A DNA stretch of 64,000 bases from the human T2T-CHM13v2.0 reference genome, Homo sapiens (GCF_009914755.1 NC_060940.1), one strand, 5' to 3'; positions 1 through 45,480 are shown, numbered from the stretch's first letter. Notes: a model not told the origin generated them from the sequence alone. Program-made: numbers and translations.

Positions 1-450
1 CAGAAATAAAAATAAAAATAAACAAAAATCAATGAACTAAAAACCAATTTCTAGTGGTTTCTAATAAGGAAAAAATGGTTCAAAAAACTGCTAAGCGAGA
101 TCAAGCAAAACAAAAAAATCTATTACGATAATGTTTTTATAACTGGTATTTAAAACATTGTTGATTCATTCTTTATTTTTATTTTGAGACAGAGTCTCAC
201 TCTGTCACCCAGGCTGGAGTGCAGTGGCAGGATCTCCGCTCAGTTCAAGCAATTCTCCTGCCTCACCCTCCCGAGTAGCTGGGATTACAGGCGCCCGCCA
301 CCACGCCCAGCTAGTTTTTGTATTTGTAGCAGAGACCGGGGTTTCACCATGTTGGCCAGGCTGGTCTCCAACTCTCGATTTCAGGTGATCACCCCCTGCC
401 TGGGCCTCCCAAAGTGCTGGGATTACAGGCTTGAGCCGCCGCGCCCGGCC

Positions 451-795
451 CTTGTTTTGTTTTCTAGATTGAAGAAAGGTTTTTCTCAGAAGTTATCTAG
501 AATTTACACCGATTTGGTAAAGCACACTTTTGTGAACAAAGGTGGGTGGAAGCGTTTGTTTTTCCTCCCTATCTGATCCTTCTAAAGTTTGGAAACTATT
601 CATAAATATTCTTATTTTCATGTACATATGTTCTCTTTATAAGCAGGCTACAATCAGAAAGATTGGTTATATTATCAAGGCTTTGACTGAAACATCCTAT
701 TTAAGAATATGCAGAAAATTCCTGGCTTCGAGTTTGCAGCCTTACGTTACAGTCAGGGGGAAACTGTCACTCCCTGCAGGCCTGAGAACCTTAGA
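451..795 (+). mobile_element. ERV1 (MER4-group) internal fragment
   Basis: Resembles MER-int consensus (GGTTATATTATCAAGGCTTTGACTG...CCTGGCTTC...CAGCCTTAC); family from recall. Confidence 0.55.
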
Positions 796-829
796 GCTTT
801 TCGGGGAGCAACTTGGCAAGGGGGGGTCC

Positions 830-1692
830 CAGCAGCTGCTCGCGTGCCAGGAACCATGGGGCACAGCCCCGGGCGACCCTCGGGCCGGCGGGGGCCTTCC
901 GCTTCCTGGCGTCTTTCTTCCCCGCCCCGCCGGCTGCTGGGGAAGCGGCGGGCGCCCAGTGCCTGGAGGTCGCTCCCTCGCCTCCTCTGGCTGCGGGAAC
1001 GGAGAGGCGGCGGCGGCCGGAGCAGGGTGGGCGGCCTGAGCCGAGAGCCCGGCCGGCCCCCGCGAGGAATATGGCGACCTGCGGCGACCGGAGCAGCAGC
1101 GGCGTCAGTTGCTGCACCGCCGACTTCTTGGAGCAGCGAAAGCGACTCGCGAGAAGACGCCGCCAAGTGGAACCCGGGCCCTGCGGCCCTGGGAGGGGGC
1201 AGCACCGACACAGCCATGAAGCCCCGGGCGCGGCGCTGGGCGCCAACGAGAGCCACGGCAACCTCCAGACGGCGCCACAGCAACCTCTAGGCAGTGCCCA
1301 CACCAGCCTACAGGTGGCGCCCCTCGCACTGCACCTGCCGCGGCCGCCCCGGGTGTGAACTGCGCTGTCAGCAGGGCCGCGCTGACACGGGTGGCCCAGG
1401 CCCGCAGCAGCCGAGGAGCCCAGGGGCACTGCCCGGGGTGACGAGAAGGAGAAGACGGTGCCCCAGAAAAAGGCAAGAGCTCAGAGCTCGGGTCCCCGTG
1501 CCAGGAATGGCCAGGAGCAGAAGATGGAGAGGTGGAGATGGAGAAGGAGAAGCAGCAGGTGGGAAGGAGCGGCGCTCCACCGGTGGGGTCAACATGCGCT
1601 GGCTGAGCTTAGAGTATGAAGAGGATGAAGCAAGTCAGAAAGAGCGGAAACGAGAAGGTGCAATGACACAGCAGAGCACAATGCAGAATCCA
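830..1692 (+). pseudogene. PAWR: PAWR (Par-4) processed pseudogene, 3'-truncated, frameshifted
   Basis: ATG at 1071: MATCGDRSSSGVSCCTADFLEQ ~ PAWR MATGGYRTSSGLGGSTTDFLEE; then AKWNPGPAALGGGSTD ~ AKQNPPGPAPPGGGSSD; then ERRSTGGVNM...LEYEEDEASQKERKREGAMTQQSTMQN ~ KRRSTGVVNI...LDEYEDDEAGQKERKREDAITQQNTIQN. Segments lie in three frames. Symbol is the parent gene; 5' boundary approximate. Confidence 0.88.
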
Positions 1693-3019
1693 GCCCTAGG
1701 ACTCCAATAAAGGCTGGGTTTAATTCCAACTCACACCCTCCCACCCCTAATCAGAGAGGATCACAGGAGAGAGAGGACCCAAGGAACACTGGAACCTGAA
1801 GGACAGGAATCTGAGGCCAAGACTGATTGCTGGAAATTGTGGGAATCAGGAAAGGAGAAACTGAGGCAGAATGGGGGGATGGAGGGTGGTGGTGGGGGGC
1901 AGTGAGCTGGGTTAGGAAGGATTAGAAATCAGAACCCTAGGAAGGATCCAGAAAGGAACTGTCCTTAAGAAGGTGCATGCTGCGGCTGGGTACTGTGGCT
2001 CACGCCTGTAATCCCAGCACCTTGGGAGGCCGAGGCAGGCAGATCACCTGAGGTCAGGAGTTCGAGACCAGCCTGGCCAACATGGCGAAACCCCATCTCT
2101 ACTAAAAATACAAAAATTAGCCAGGAGTGGTGGTGTGCACCCGTAATCCCAGCTACTTGGGAGGCTGAGGCAGGGAGAATTGCTTGAACCTGGGAGGTGG
2201 GAGTTGCAGTGAGCTGAGATCGTGCCACTCCATTGCAGCCTGGGCAACAAGAATGAGATTCTGTTTCAAAAAAAAAAAAAGAAGAAGAAGGTGCATGCTG
2301 GGGATGAAGGAATGGGTTCTAAGACTCAGGGAGTGAGGGAAGGGGAGGGACAGGGGTTGGGGGTGCAGTGGGGTGCTAATGCAGCACCCAAACAGAAGAA
2401 GACTGGAGGAAAGCAGGGCCCTTCTCCTCCAACTCCAGCTGCTCCTCTGAGTCCCAGGCCACCTGCTCCTGTGTCTGCCGACCTACTGGCCTATCTCTGA
2501 ATCCTGCTGGAATGCCATACCTCCTGATCTCTGCCCTGCCTCAGACCTTTCACTAACACCACCACCCCTACTGCCCAGGGCCCACCACCCCCACTGTCCC
2601 CGACCATAGCCTGCCCCTATCCAGAAGCCCCTGCTTCCAGCCACATGCCCTAGGTGACCTAAAGGGGACCTGGACATGCAGGGGAAGAGGGTGCTCTTCT
2701 GGTTCCTCCTGCTTAGGTATCCCAGTCTCGCAATCATGAGTGTGAGTAAATGTTGGATATGACACAGATTCTATTTCTCAAGCTGTTTCACACTGTGGTT
2801 TACCTAACAGTGTTTTGTGGGGTCATCGATGGGGATTTGGTTCTCCCTGCAGACCAAGGACCTCAGCGCAGATTTCTTGAGCAGCCTAGAGAGGCTCTGG
2901 CCTCACCTGGCCACATCAAGTTCTGGGTCCTGCCTGCCCTGCTTGGCCCAAACACAGCAAGGGTGACAGGAGGGAAACGGGAAAATGGTGACTTTATAAT
3001 ATTGGAAAGGAAGGATTTC

Positions 3020-5830
<2,811 letters not shown>

Positions 5831-6194
5831 ATATACACAAAAAGAAAGGATTTGTGAATATACTAAAAGCCATTGAATTGTATGCCTTAAATGGGGAAGT
5901 TGTATGCTACGTGAATTCTATTTCAATAAAGTTGTTTTTAAAAAACGTAAGGGGTCAGACACAATGGCTCATGCCTGTAATCACAGCACTTTGAGAGGCC
6001 TAGGCGGGTGGATTACGAGGTCAGGAGTTCAAGACCAGCCTGGCCAAGATGATGAAACCCCGTCTCTACTAAAAATGCAAAACTTAGCCAGCGTAGTGGC
6101 GGACGCCTGTAATTCCAGCTACTCGGGAGGCCAAGACAGAGAATTGCTTGAACCCAGGAGGCGAAGGTTTCAGTGAGCTGAGATCGTGCCACTA

Positions 6195-6550
<356 letters not shown>

Positions 6551-6679
6551 TTAGATGTGAGGGATTTTGATCTTTCAGGATTTAACCTATTTTACAGTTG
6601 AGCAGACTGAGCCACAGAGAGGGGATGTGAACTGCCCAAGGTCTCACAGGTGGTAAGTGTTTGTAGCTGGAACCTGAAC

Positions 6680-7160
6680 TAAGGAAGGAGACCACTACTA
6701 CTCCGGCTGCCCTCCTCCCACCATCTTGCCTAGTTCACAAGACAGGAGGAAAGAGAGAAAGCAAAAATTTAGAAACAAAAGTAAGATAAGTAGCCAGACA
6801 CCTTGGCACCACCACCTGCCACAGGAGTTAAAAATAATAATAATAATGACATCAACCCCTGACCTAAACTACTTGTGTTATCTGTAAATTCCAGACCTTG
6901 TATGAAAAAGCATTGCAAAGCTTTCTGTTCTGTTAGCTGATGCATGTAGCCCCCACTCACCTTCCCCATGCTTGCTCGATTTATCACGACACTTTCACGT
7001 GGACCCTTTAAAGTTGTAAGCCTTTAAAAAGGCCAAGAATTTCTTTTTCGGGGAGCTCGGGTCTTAAGACACAAATCTGCTGACGCTCCTGGCCAAATAA
7101 ACCTTTTCCTTCTTTAATCCGGTGTCTTGAGGAGATTTGTCTGCGGCTCGTCCTGCTACA
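6680..7160 (+). mobile_element. Solo LTR, LTR2 family (HERV-E; LTR2B-like), inserted into a MIR
   Basis: Starts TAAGGAAGGAGACCAC, ends CGTCCTGCTACA; internal AATAAA; 4-bp TSD GAAC at 6676-6679 and 7161-7164; flanks rejoin to MIR-like sequence. Confidence 0.8.
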
Positions 7161-8452
7161 GAACCAGGGTCTACCTTGGCAAGGGATTCCACACTGAGTC
7201 TCCTCCTGAGAAGCCTGCTCTCTGGGGTTTTGAGGAAATTCATGGTCAGTAAACTGTGTCTCAGGAAATTGTTCCTCTCATGCCATTAGTACCTCTAATG
7301 CATCAGTCAGCATAAACAAGATTATGATGCAGTAACAGGCAACCTCCATTCTCTCTCCCTTTGTTTTGCTTTGTTTCATTTTATGGAGATAAGAATCTCG
7401 CTCTGTTGCCCAGGCAGGAGGGCAGTGGCGTGACCTTGGCTCACTACAACCTCCACCTCCTGGTTCAAGCAATTTTCCTGCCTCAGCCTCCTGAGTAGCT
7501 GGGATTACAGGCATGCCCCACCACACCTGGCTAATTTTTGTATTTTTAGTAGAGACGGGGTTTCACTGTGTTAGCCAGGCTGGTCTTGAACTCCTGGCCT
7601 GAAGTGATCCACCAGCCTTGGGCTCCCAAAGTGCTGGAATTACAGGCATGAGTCATCCTGCCTGGTGCACCCCCCATTCTCCGTAGAGAAATAGACAAAG
7701 TCGATTTCTCTCCCATAGGACACATCCACAGCAGCCTTGGATTAGTCTGCATTGGAAACATCCAGAGTCCTGTGGCACAAAAAAAAGAGAAATGCCTGGC
7801 CACTTACTGACTCTGAAAGTTTCTGCTAAAAAATGACAGGGGTTCAGGCCGGGCGTGGTGGCTCACGCCTGTAATCCCAGCACTTTGGGAGGCCGAGGCG
7901 GGCGGATCACAAGGTCAGGAGATCAAGATCATCCTGGCTAACACAGTGAAACCCCGTCTCTACTGAAAACACAAAAATTAGCCAGGCGTTGTGGCGGGCG
8001 CCTGTAGTCCCAGCTACTCAGGAGGCTGAGGCAGGAGAATGGTGAGAATCCAGGAGGCGGAGCTTGCAGTGAGCCAAGATTGCACCACTGCACTCCAGCC
8101 TGGGCTACAGAGTGAGTCTCAAAAAGAAAAAACAAAAAGTGACACAGGTTCCTCCCAGCCACATTTCACTGATCAAAGTGGGACACCAGCAAACATTGTA
8201 AATGCCAATACAAGCCAGACAGCTGGAAGTTTTTGTTTCCTTTTGCTTTCCTTCTTTTTCCTACCAAGATTCACGCTCTTTCTTCCTTCTTTCAACAACC
8301 TGTGGTTTCACTTTCTTTACTATAAGAAAATGCTGGCCGGGTGCAGTGGCTCACGCCTGTAATCCTAACACTTTGGGAGGCCGAGGTGAGTGGATCACTT
8401 GAGGTCAAGAGTTCAAGACCAGCCTGACCAACATGGTGGAACCCCATCTCTA

Positions 8453-8711
<259 letters not shown>

Positions 8712-8796
8712 TCAAGAGATGGAGACCATCCTGGCCAACATGGTGAAACCGTGTCTCTACTAAAAGTACAAAAATTAAGCCGGGCACAGTGGCTCA

Positions 8797-9592
<796 letters not shown>

Positions 9593-9761
9593 GGTTTTTA
9601 TTTTTATTTTTATTTTTTTTTGAGACAGACTTTTTTTTTTTTTGATATGGAGTCTCGGTCTTCTCGCTCCAGCTGGAGTGGAATAGCGCAATCATGGATC
9701 ACTGCAACCTTCACCTCCCAAATTCAAGCGATTCTTGTACCTCAGCCTCCTGAGCCGCTGA

Positions 9762-9950
<189 letters not shown>

Positions 9951-9969
9951 TGAGTAGTTGGGTTTATAG

Positions 9970-11006
<1,037 letters not shown>

Positions 11007-11766
11007 GTAAGTGAGGAAGGGGCTTTCCCGGAACTCAGGCGTTCCGGGATTCCTCCAGCCCTTCCTAGGGACCCAGCAGCCCTGCCTCCCATCCCTCTTC
11101 AAGTTCCTAGTTGCCCTAGAGCCCCCAGCTCGCTCTTCTAATGCTCACCCACACTCTGGGTCCCAGCCCTCTGCAGGGCCCCCCACTCACTCCTCCCAGG
11201 GACCCAGAACTAGCCCAGCCCTTCCCCGGGGCCACAGAGTCCTCTCCTGGCTCCCTCCCCTAACCGGCTGTGACCCTCTCCAGCAGCCCGGAAGCTTCCC
11301 GCTTGTCCTGATCTGGGGTCCGCGAACTTATCCTTCATTCCACCTATCCCTGAGATGTGAGACACCAGAGGGTGGGAGGAGCAGGGGCAGAAAGGGCCCG
11401 GCTTGGGGGTGGGAGAAGAATATATTGTGCCCCTGTACAACAAACCCCTGTGACCAAAAAAAAAATATAGATCATACTGTCCCTATCTCACTATCCATCA
11501 TTTGGGGTCACTGTAGAGAGGTCTCCTGGGTGACTGCCCATTTCTGGGGTGCACAGATACATGTAGCCACAGAATACTATGCAGACACCGCCAGCACACA
11601 GATGCGCAGGCACAGGACCAGCCCCAGACTCACCTGGCCCTCAGGTGTGCAGCTCACGGTGTGCAGCTCCCACAGGCAAAAATACTGAGATACCGCTAGG
11701 GGGACACATGCACACACAGCTCAAGGATACCCGAGACAGCACTCAGGACAATTCAGATGTGCCGTG

Positions 11767-11771
<5 letters not shown>

Positions 11772-11807
<36 letters not shown>
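11772..11807 (+). repeat. (CA)n microsatellite
   Basis: Direct read. Confidence 0.9.
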
Positions 11808-11811
<4 letters not shown>

Positions 11812-12031
11812 CAGCACAGACACACATATGTGCACATAGACCCTGGGGCTCACAGGATGCACAGACAACCCTGGCCCTCCCCGAGGAGGCTGCAGCGGGC
11901 AGACAGGGCAAACAGACCCCAGCGTGACCTGCCCCACCTATGTTGGCACAGAGGGAGTGTTTTGCTTGGTTATAAGCAGTGCTCATGCCTGCCCCATACC
12001 TAGAACCCTCCCTCTATAGGGCTGTTGCTAG

Positions 12032-12423
<392 letters not shown>

Positions 12424-12944
12424 TAGCAAGGCTGGTCTCGAACTCCTGACCTCAGGTGATCCACCTGCCTTGGCCTCTGAAAGTGCTGAGATTACAGGCA
12501 TGAGCCACTGCACTAGGCCAGAGATCTGCTCTGGAAGACCCCCCAGGCCGGAGGGCACTGCCACAAGCAGACAGTATGGCGAGGGTCCCTATGGCCACCT
12601 GGCAGGCAGGGTGGATTCTGGAGGGAGGTGGCCTGGGAGCAGGCTGAGGATGGGGTGAGGGCATTTGAGCAGCAGAGTGTCTGCGTGACCAGGCATAACT
12701 GGAGGAACAGTAAACAACTCTTGTGTGAGAGGATGAGGGAGGCGTGAGAGGGGCTGACTACCCCCAGGACTTGGGGTGCGTTGAGACTCCTTAGCTTTAT
12801 CCAGACTCTTGGGAGCCATGGAGGTTTGAGGCAGAGGTGTGGGCTGCTGGGAGAGTGAGGACTCACCATCCAGAGAGGAAGGCGAAGCTTTCAACTCTAA
12901 ATGCCGTTTTATTTTCGTTTTTTTTTTTTTTTTTTTTTTTTTGA

Positions 12945-14582
<1,638 letters not shown>

Positions 14583-15123
14583 TGTGCCCTGCTACTGGCC
14601 TCAAGTGATCGTCCTGCCTCGGCCTCCCACAGTGCTCGGATTTCAGGTGTGAGCCACTGCGCCCAGCCCCAGCTGTGAATTTGTTTATAAAAACCCAGAG
14701 CATTGAAAGTTTTAAGAGACGGCCCGGGTAAGTCTTCAGTGCATCTCCTGCACATGCTCCACACCTGCGTTACACTAATCATGCCACTATCTCACTTCTC
14801 CAACCCTTTGAGCTTGCACTTTTTCCCTCTGCCTACATCAGTGCTTCTCAAATGTGGTAAAGGATCATTTAAAAAAAATTTCCAATCTAGACCAGGCATG
14901 GTGATGCATACCTGTAGTCCCAGTTACTTAGAAGGCTGAGGTGGGAGGATTGCTTGAGTCCAGGAGTTCAAGACCAGCCTGGGCAACACAGCAAGATCCC
15001 ATGTCTTAAAAAAAAAAAAACCAATCTACTGTGGACCCATACTTATGTAAAACACAATAAGGCTGGGCGCGGTGGCTCACGCCTGTAATCCCAGCACTTT
15101 GGGAGGTGGAGGCGGGTGGATCA

Positions 15124-15404
<281 letters not shown>

Positions 15405-15491
15405 TCAGAAAATAACCACATGCTTAGATATCAGAGCAAAGGCCCAGTCTCTCAATGCACCCTCTTACTGATGGCACCTGTCTTGTTATGA

Positions 15492-15905
<414 letters not shown>

Positions 15906-16140
15906 TGAGCCACTGCGACTGGCCTTTTAAAACACCCATTATAACTTATGTTACTATAATTTTCTGTTAAATGTCAAAAAGCAGCAGGCTCTTTGAGGTC
16001 AGGAACGTGTTCAATTCACCTCTTCATCTGAGCCTTGTGTCTGTCATGTGGTAGCAGCTCAGAAGTATAATCAGCAAATGAATGGGCTCAACACACCTTT
16101 GTGGCAACAAGCAATCAACCAGAACAACTTTAAACAGACC

Positions 16141-16146
16141 TTTAGT
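16141..16146 (-). terminator. Probable non-canonical poly(A) signal ACTAAA of EIF3C
   Basis: No AATAAA/ATTAAA on the minus strand just past the stop; ACTAAA ~62 nt after TGA followed by a GU-rich tract (GTTGTTCTGGTTGATTGCTTGTTG). Confidence 0.5.
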
Positions 16147-16208
16147 GACTGAGGTGTGGTTTAGGACTTCAAGGTTGGATGGCCCAGGCGGGAAACAGAG
16201 TGGAGAGC

Positions 16209-39961
<23,753 letters not shown>

Positions 39962-40151
39962 GGCGACGGCGCGGAGGTGCTACGGCCGGACCTGCGGGGG
40001 AGCCAAGGCGTCACCGGCCACGCGAAGAGGCCCGAGCCAACACCTCCCGACGCCCAACCCCTCACCGGCCCCACCCGGACCTCGACCTGGGTCTCCCACC
40101 ACGAAGCACGAGGCCCAAAAAATACCAACCAGCTGAGCCCGCGAGTCACAC

Positions 40152-40187
40152 CGCAGGGCCCTGACAGCGGAAACGCCGAGAGAGAAG
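40152..40187 (-). other. EIF3C: EIF3C non-coding exon 1 (5' TOP-type leader)
   Basis: Minus strand CTTCTCTCTCGGCGTTTCCGCTGTCAGGGCCCTGCG followed by GTGTGA donor; pyrimidine-tract start; TSS position approximate. Confidence 0.7.
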
Positions 40188-40564
40188 GCGGGTCCTCGCG
40201 TCACTTCCGGGAAGCGCCGACTAACTACACTGGGAGACTACAACTCCCAGTGGCCTTCGCGCCATAAGGGGGCGGGGACAAGCCTGAGGGAACCGGGCGC
40301 TGAGACCTTGGCTGCAGGCGTCGCGAATCCTACCGCGCGTTGGTGTCGGGATTTAAAACACGAAGATCGGCGGGGCGCAGTGGCTCACGCGTGTAATTAC
40401 AGCATTAATAGGCATTAATAGTATAGAAGTAGATAATCCTGCCGGGTGCGGTGGCTCACTCACGCCTGTAATCCTAGCACTTTGGGAGACCGAGGCAGGC
40501 GGATTACCCGAGGTCGGGAGTTCGAGACCAGCCTGACCAATATGGAGAAACCCCATCTCTACTA

Positions 40565-40809
<245 letters not shown>

Positions 40810-40902
40810 TCACCTGAGGTCAGGAGTTCGAGACCAGCCTGGCCAATATGGCAAAACCCCGTGTCTACTAAAAAATACGAAAATTAGCCTGGCACAGTGT
40901 CA

Positions 40903-41067
<165 letters not shown>

Positions 41068-41422
41068 CTAGATCTTGCAGGTCTTTATAGGCCTGTGGTT
41101 TGGAGCCGCCATCGGCAGAGGTTTTAGTGCAAGGGACTGTGTTACATTTTTCAAGGTGGTTTTGATATGGGAGCGGGACAGGGAAGTGCTGGGAAGGGAA
41201 GAGCATGCTCTTCCAAAGTGCTGGGATTATAGGCATGAGCTACCACACCTGGCCGTTTTGTTTTTTATTGTGAAATATTTCAACAGACAAGAATAAAGAC
41301 TATTCCAATGGACATCTATGTACTCACAACCCACCCAGCACCGTCAAAACTTAATATGAGGCTGGGCATGGTGGTTCATGCCTGTAATCCCAACACTTTG
41401 GGAGGCAGAGGTGGGCAGATCA

Positions 41423-41673
<251 letters not shown>

Positions 41674-41698
41674 TCATTGTACGTCTGTAAATCCATAA

Positions 41699-42015
<317 letters not shown>

Positions 42016-42243
42016 TAAATAATATGTGTACATTTTTACAAAATGAAAATGGTACAACAGAATACACAGGAAGAAAAAATATACAGGAAAAAATGTTTCC
42101 TTCCTGCCCTGACCTCATGTTCATCAGCTTTTCTCTCTAGAAGCAAACACAATTGTCAGTTTATAGCGTTATCTTCCAGATGTCACTTTGTGCCCTCTCT
42201 CTCCGTATCTCTCTTTGTGTATACACACACACACACACACACA

Positions 42244-42517
42244 CAGAGTTGACTCTTGAAGAATGTGTAGGTCTACGTATATGTGGATTTTATTCAATAA
42301 ATACAGTCAATCCTCCATACAGGTGGGTTCCACATCTGGAACGAAATGTCAATCAAAAATAACAGTATTCACTGGATTTGAAACCCATGTATACCAAGGG
42401 CCCAAATTTTGTAACTACAGGTTCCACAGGGGCAACTGCGGGACTTGAGTATGTACAGGTTTTGGTATCTCCCAGGAATCCTAGAACCAATCCCCTGAGG
42501 ATACCAAGAAATGACTA
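42244..42517. mobile_element. TcMar-Tigger MITE (MER2-like)
   Basis: GTTGACTCTTGAA...GAACCAATCCCCTGAGGATACCAAGAAATGACT ends. Confidence 0.6.
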
Positions 42518-42949
42518 GATAGAGACAGAAAGGATATAGATAGATGTATTGTATGTGTGTATGTATATATATATGTGTGTGTATATATATATATATTCAA
42601 TATATGTATATGAATTATATAGATCAGGGTATGTGTGTGTGTGTGTGTGCGTCTACCTGGAACATATCTGTCTCTACCATTGTTTCCTGCATCTTATTTC
42701 ATTATTCATCATATATCTTGCAGCTCATTCTGTATCAGTGCATATGGCTCTGTCTCATTCTCTTTTTTTTTGTTTGGTTTTTGAGACAGAGTCTTGCTCT
42801 GTCGCCTAGGCTGGACATAATCTTGGCTCACTGCAACCTCCGCCTCCTAGGTTCAAGCGATACTTCTGCCTCAGCCTCCTGAGTAGCTGGGATCACAGGT
42901 GCCTGCCACCACACCTAATTTTTGTACTTTTAGTAGAGATGAGATCTCA

Positions 42950-43447
<498 letters not shown>

Positions 43448-43569
43448 TCAAGTGACCTGTCTAAGGTCAAATCGATAGTTTGCATTCCAACCCAAACATT
43501 ATTCCACAGCTATCTAAACTGTTGAGAGATGTGTTGTTTTAGAGCCAGACTCCAACAATTTTTGAGTGA

Positions 43570-43785
<216 letters not shown>

Positions 43786-44313
43786 TAGCCAGGATGGTCT
43801 TGATCTCCTGACCTTGTGATCCGCCCACCTCAGCCTCCCAAAGTGCTGGGATTACAGGTGTGAGCCACCGCGCCCGGCCTTTTTTTTCTTTTTTCTTTTT
43901 TCTTTTTTCTTTTTTTGCAATTTCTGCTGCCCAGGCTGAAGTGCAGTGGTGTGATTACGGCTCACTGCAGCCTCAAACTCCTGGCCTCAAGCGATCCTCC
44001 CACTTCAGCCTCCTGAGTAGCTGAGACAACAGGCACACACCACTACACCCAATTAATATTTTTACTTTTTGTAGAGATGGAGTCTCACTATATTGCCCAG
44101 GCTGATCTTGAACTCCTGGCCTTAAGCAATTCTCTAGCATTGGCCTCCCAAAGCTCTGAGATTACAAGACTAAGCCACTGTGCTTGGCCTCAACTTCATC
44201 TTGTAAATAGGAAAAATGGGAATGAAGGCAGCTGACTTAAAGAAATCCTAGGTCGGGCATGGTGACTCACACCTGTAATCCCAGCACTTTGGGAGGCCGA
44301 GGCGGGTGGATCA

Positions 44314-44600
<287 letters not shown>

Positions 44601-45480
44601 TTATGAGTGTAGTAGGCTCTGTGACTGGAGACAAACGTAACATGGGTGTATTTAATAGGTGAATTTTGTTAATACCCAGATTCTGATGGGGTCCTTAATG
44701 GTCCCAGAGTGGGAACGACACCCTGGAAGAGCTTTGATCAGTCTGGTGTCTCCAGTTCATGTGGGCGTACGTATTTCTCACAGCAGATTGACTCTCTTCA
44801 TGTGCCTGTAATAACACAGCCAGCAAGCAGGAAGATGATAACCATAACTGGCATTTGAATAACAATTTCAAATGCATAGAGGTGCTTGAAACTCATGAAA
44901 ACTTATAGGTGGGCAGGAAAAGCAGCTATTACTAACCTCATTTTACAAATGAGAAAAGCAGGACTCTGCAGTGCGGGGGAGGGCTCTGTTGTGACAGCAT
45001 GAGATTCTGAAACCAGGTCCTCTAACTCGCAGGTCACAGAAGACGCTTCCAAGTATATTATTTTATTGCAGAAGGGGAATGAACTGAACGGAAGGAGAGG
45101 ACAGAGCGTGGGAAAAGGGGAGGGAGTGCCATGGGAACCCCTCTGTGGGACAAAATGCTGGGTACCACACTCCCCCTCACTCACGCAACTCCAGCCACTG
45201 ATATCCCCCCTTTTTCTTTTATTTTTTCCTTTTCTTTCTTTTTTTAATCTTAAAAATTATTATTATTACTATTTGAGAGAGGATGTCACTCTGTCACCCA
45301 GACTGGAGTGCAGTGGTGTGATCATAGGTCACTGCAGCATCAAACTCCTGAGCTCAAGTGATCCTCCCATATCAGCCTCTCGAGTTGGGACTACAGGTGC
45401 ACGCCACCACGTTGGACTGTTATTTATGTATTTATTTTGAGACAGGGTCTTGCTCTTTCACCCAGGCTGGAGTGCAGTGA

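Noticed and set aside
1-450. NPIP-family exon at the left edge
   Set aside because: Expected from locus context, but no NPIP coding sequence is recognisable inside the window.
753-1476. Long overlapping minus-strand ORFs (176, 212, 123 aa)
   Set aside because: Stop-poor GC-rich PAWR relic; no recognisable homology on this strand.
11011-11688. 225-aa ORF
   Set aside because: Lies in the PLA2G10 intron-1 copy, starts at a non-ATG codon, and has no recognisable domain.
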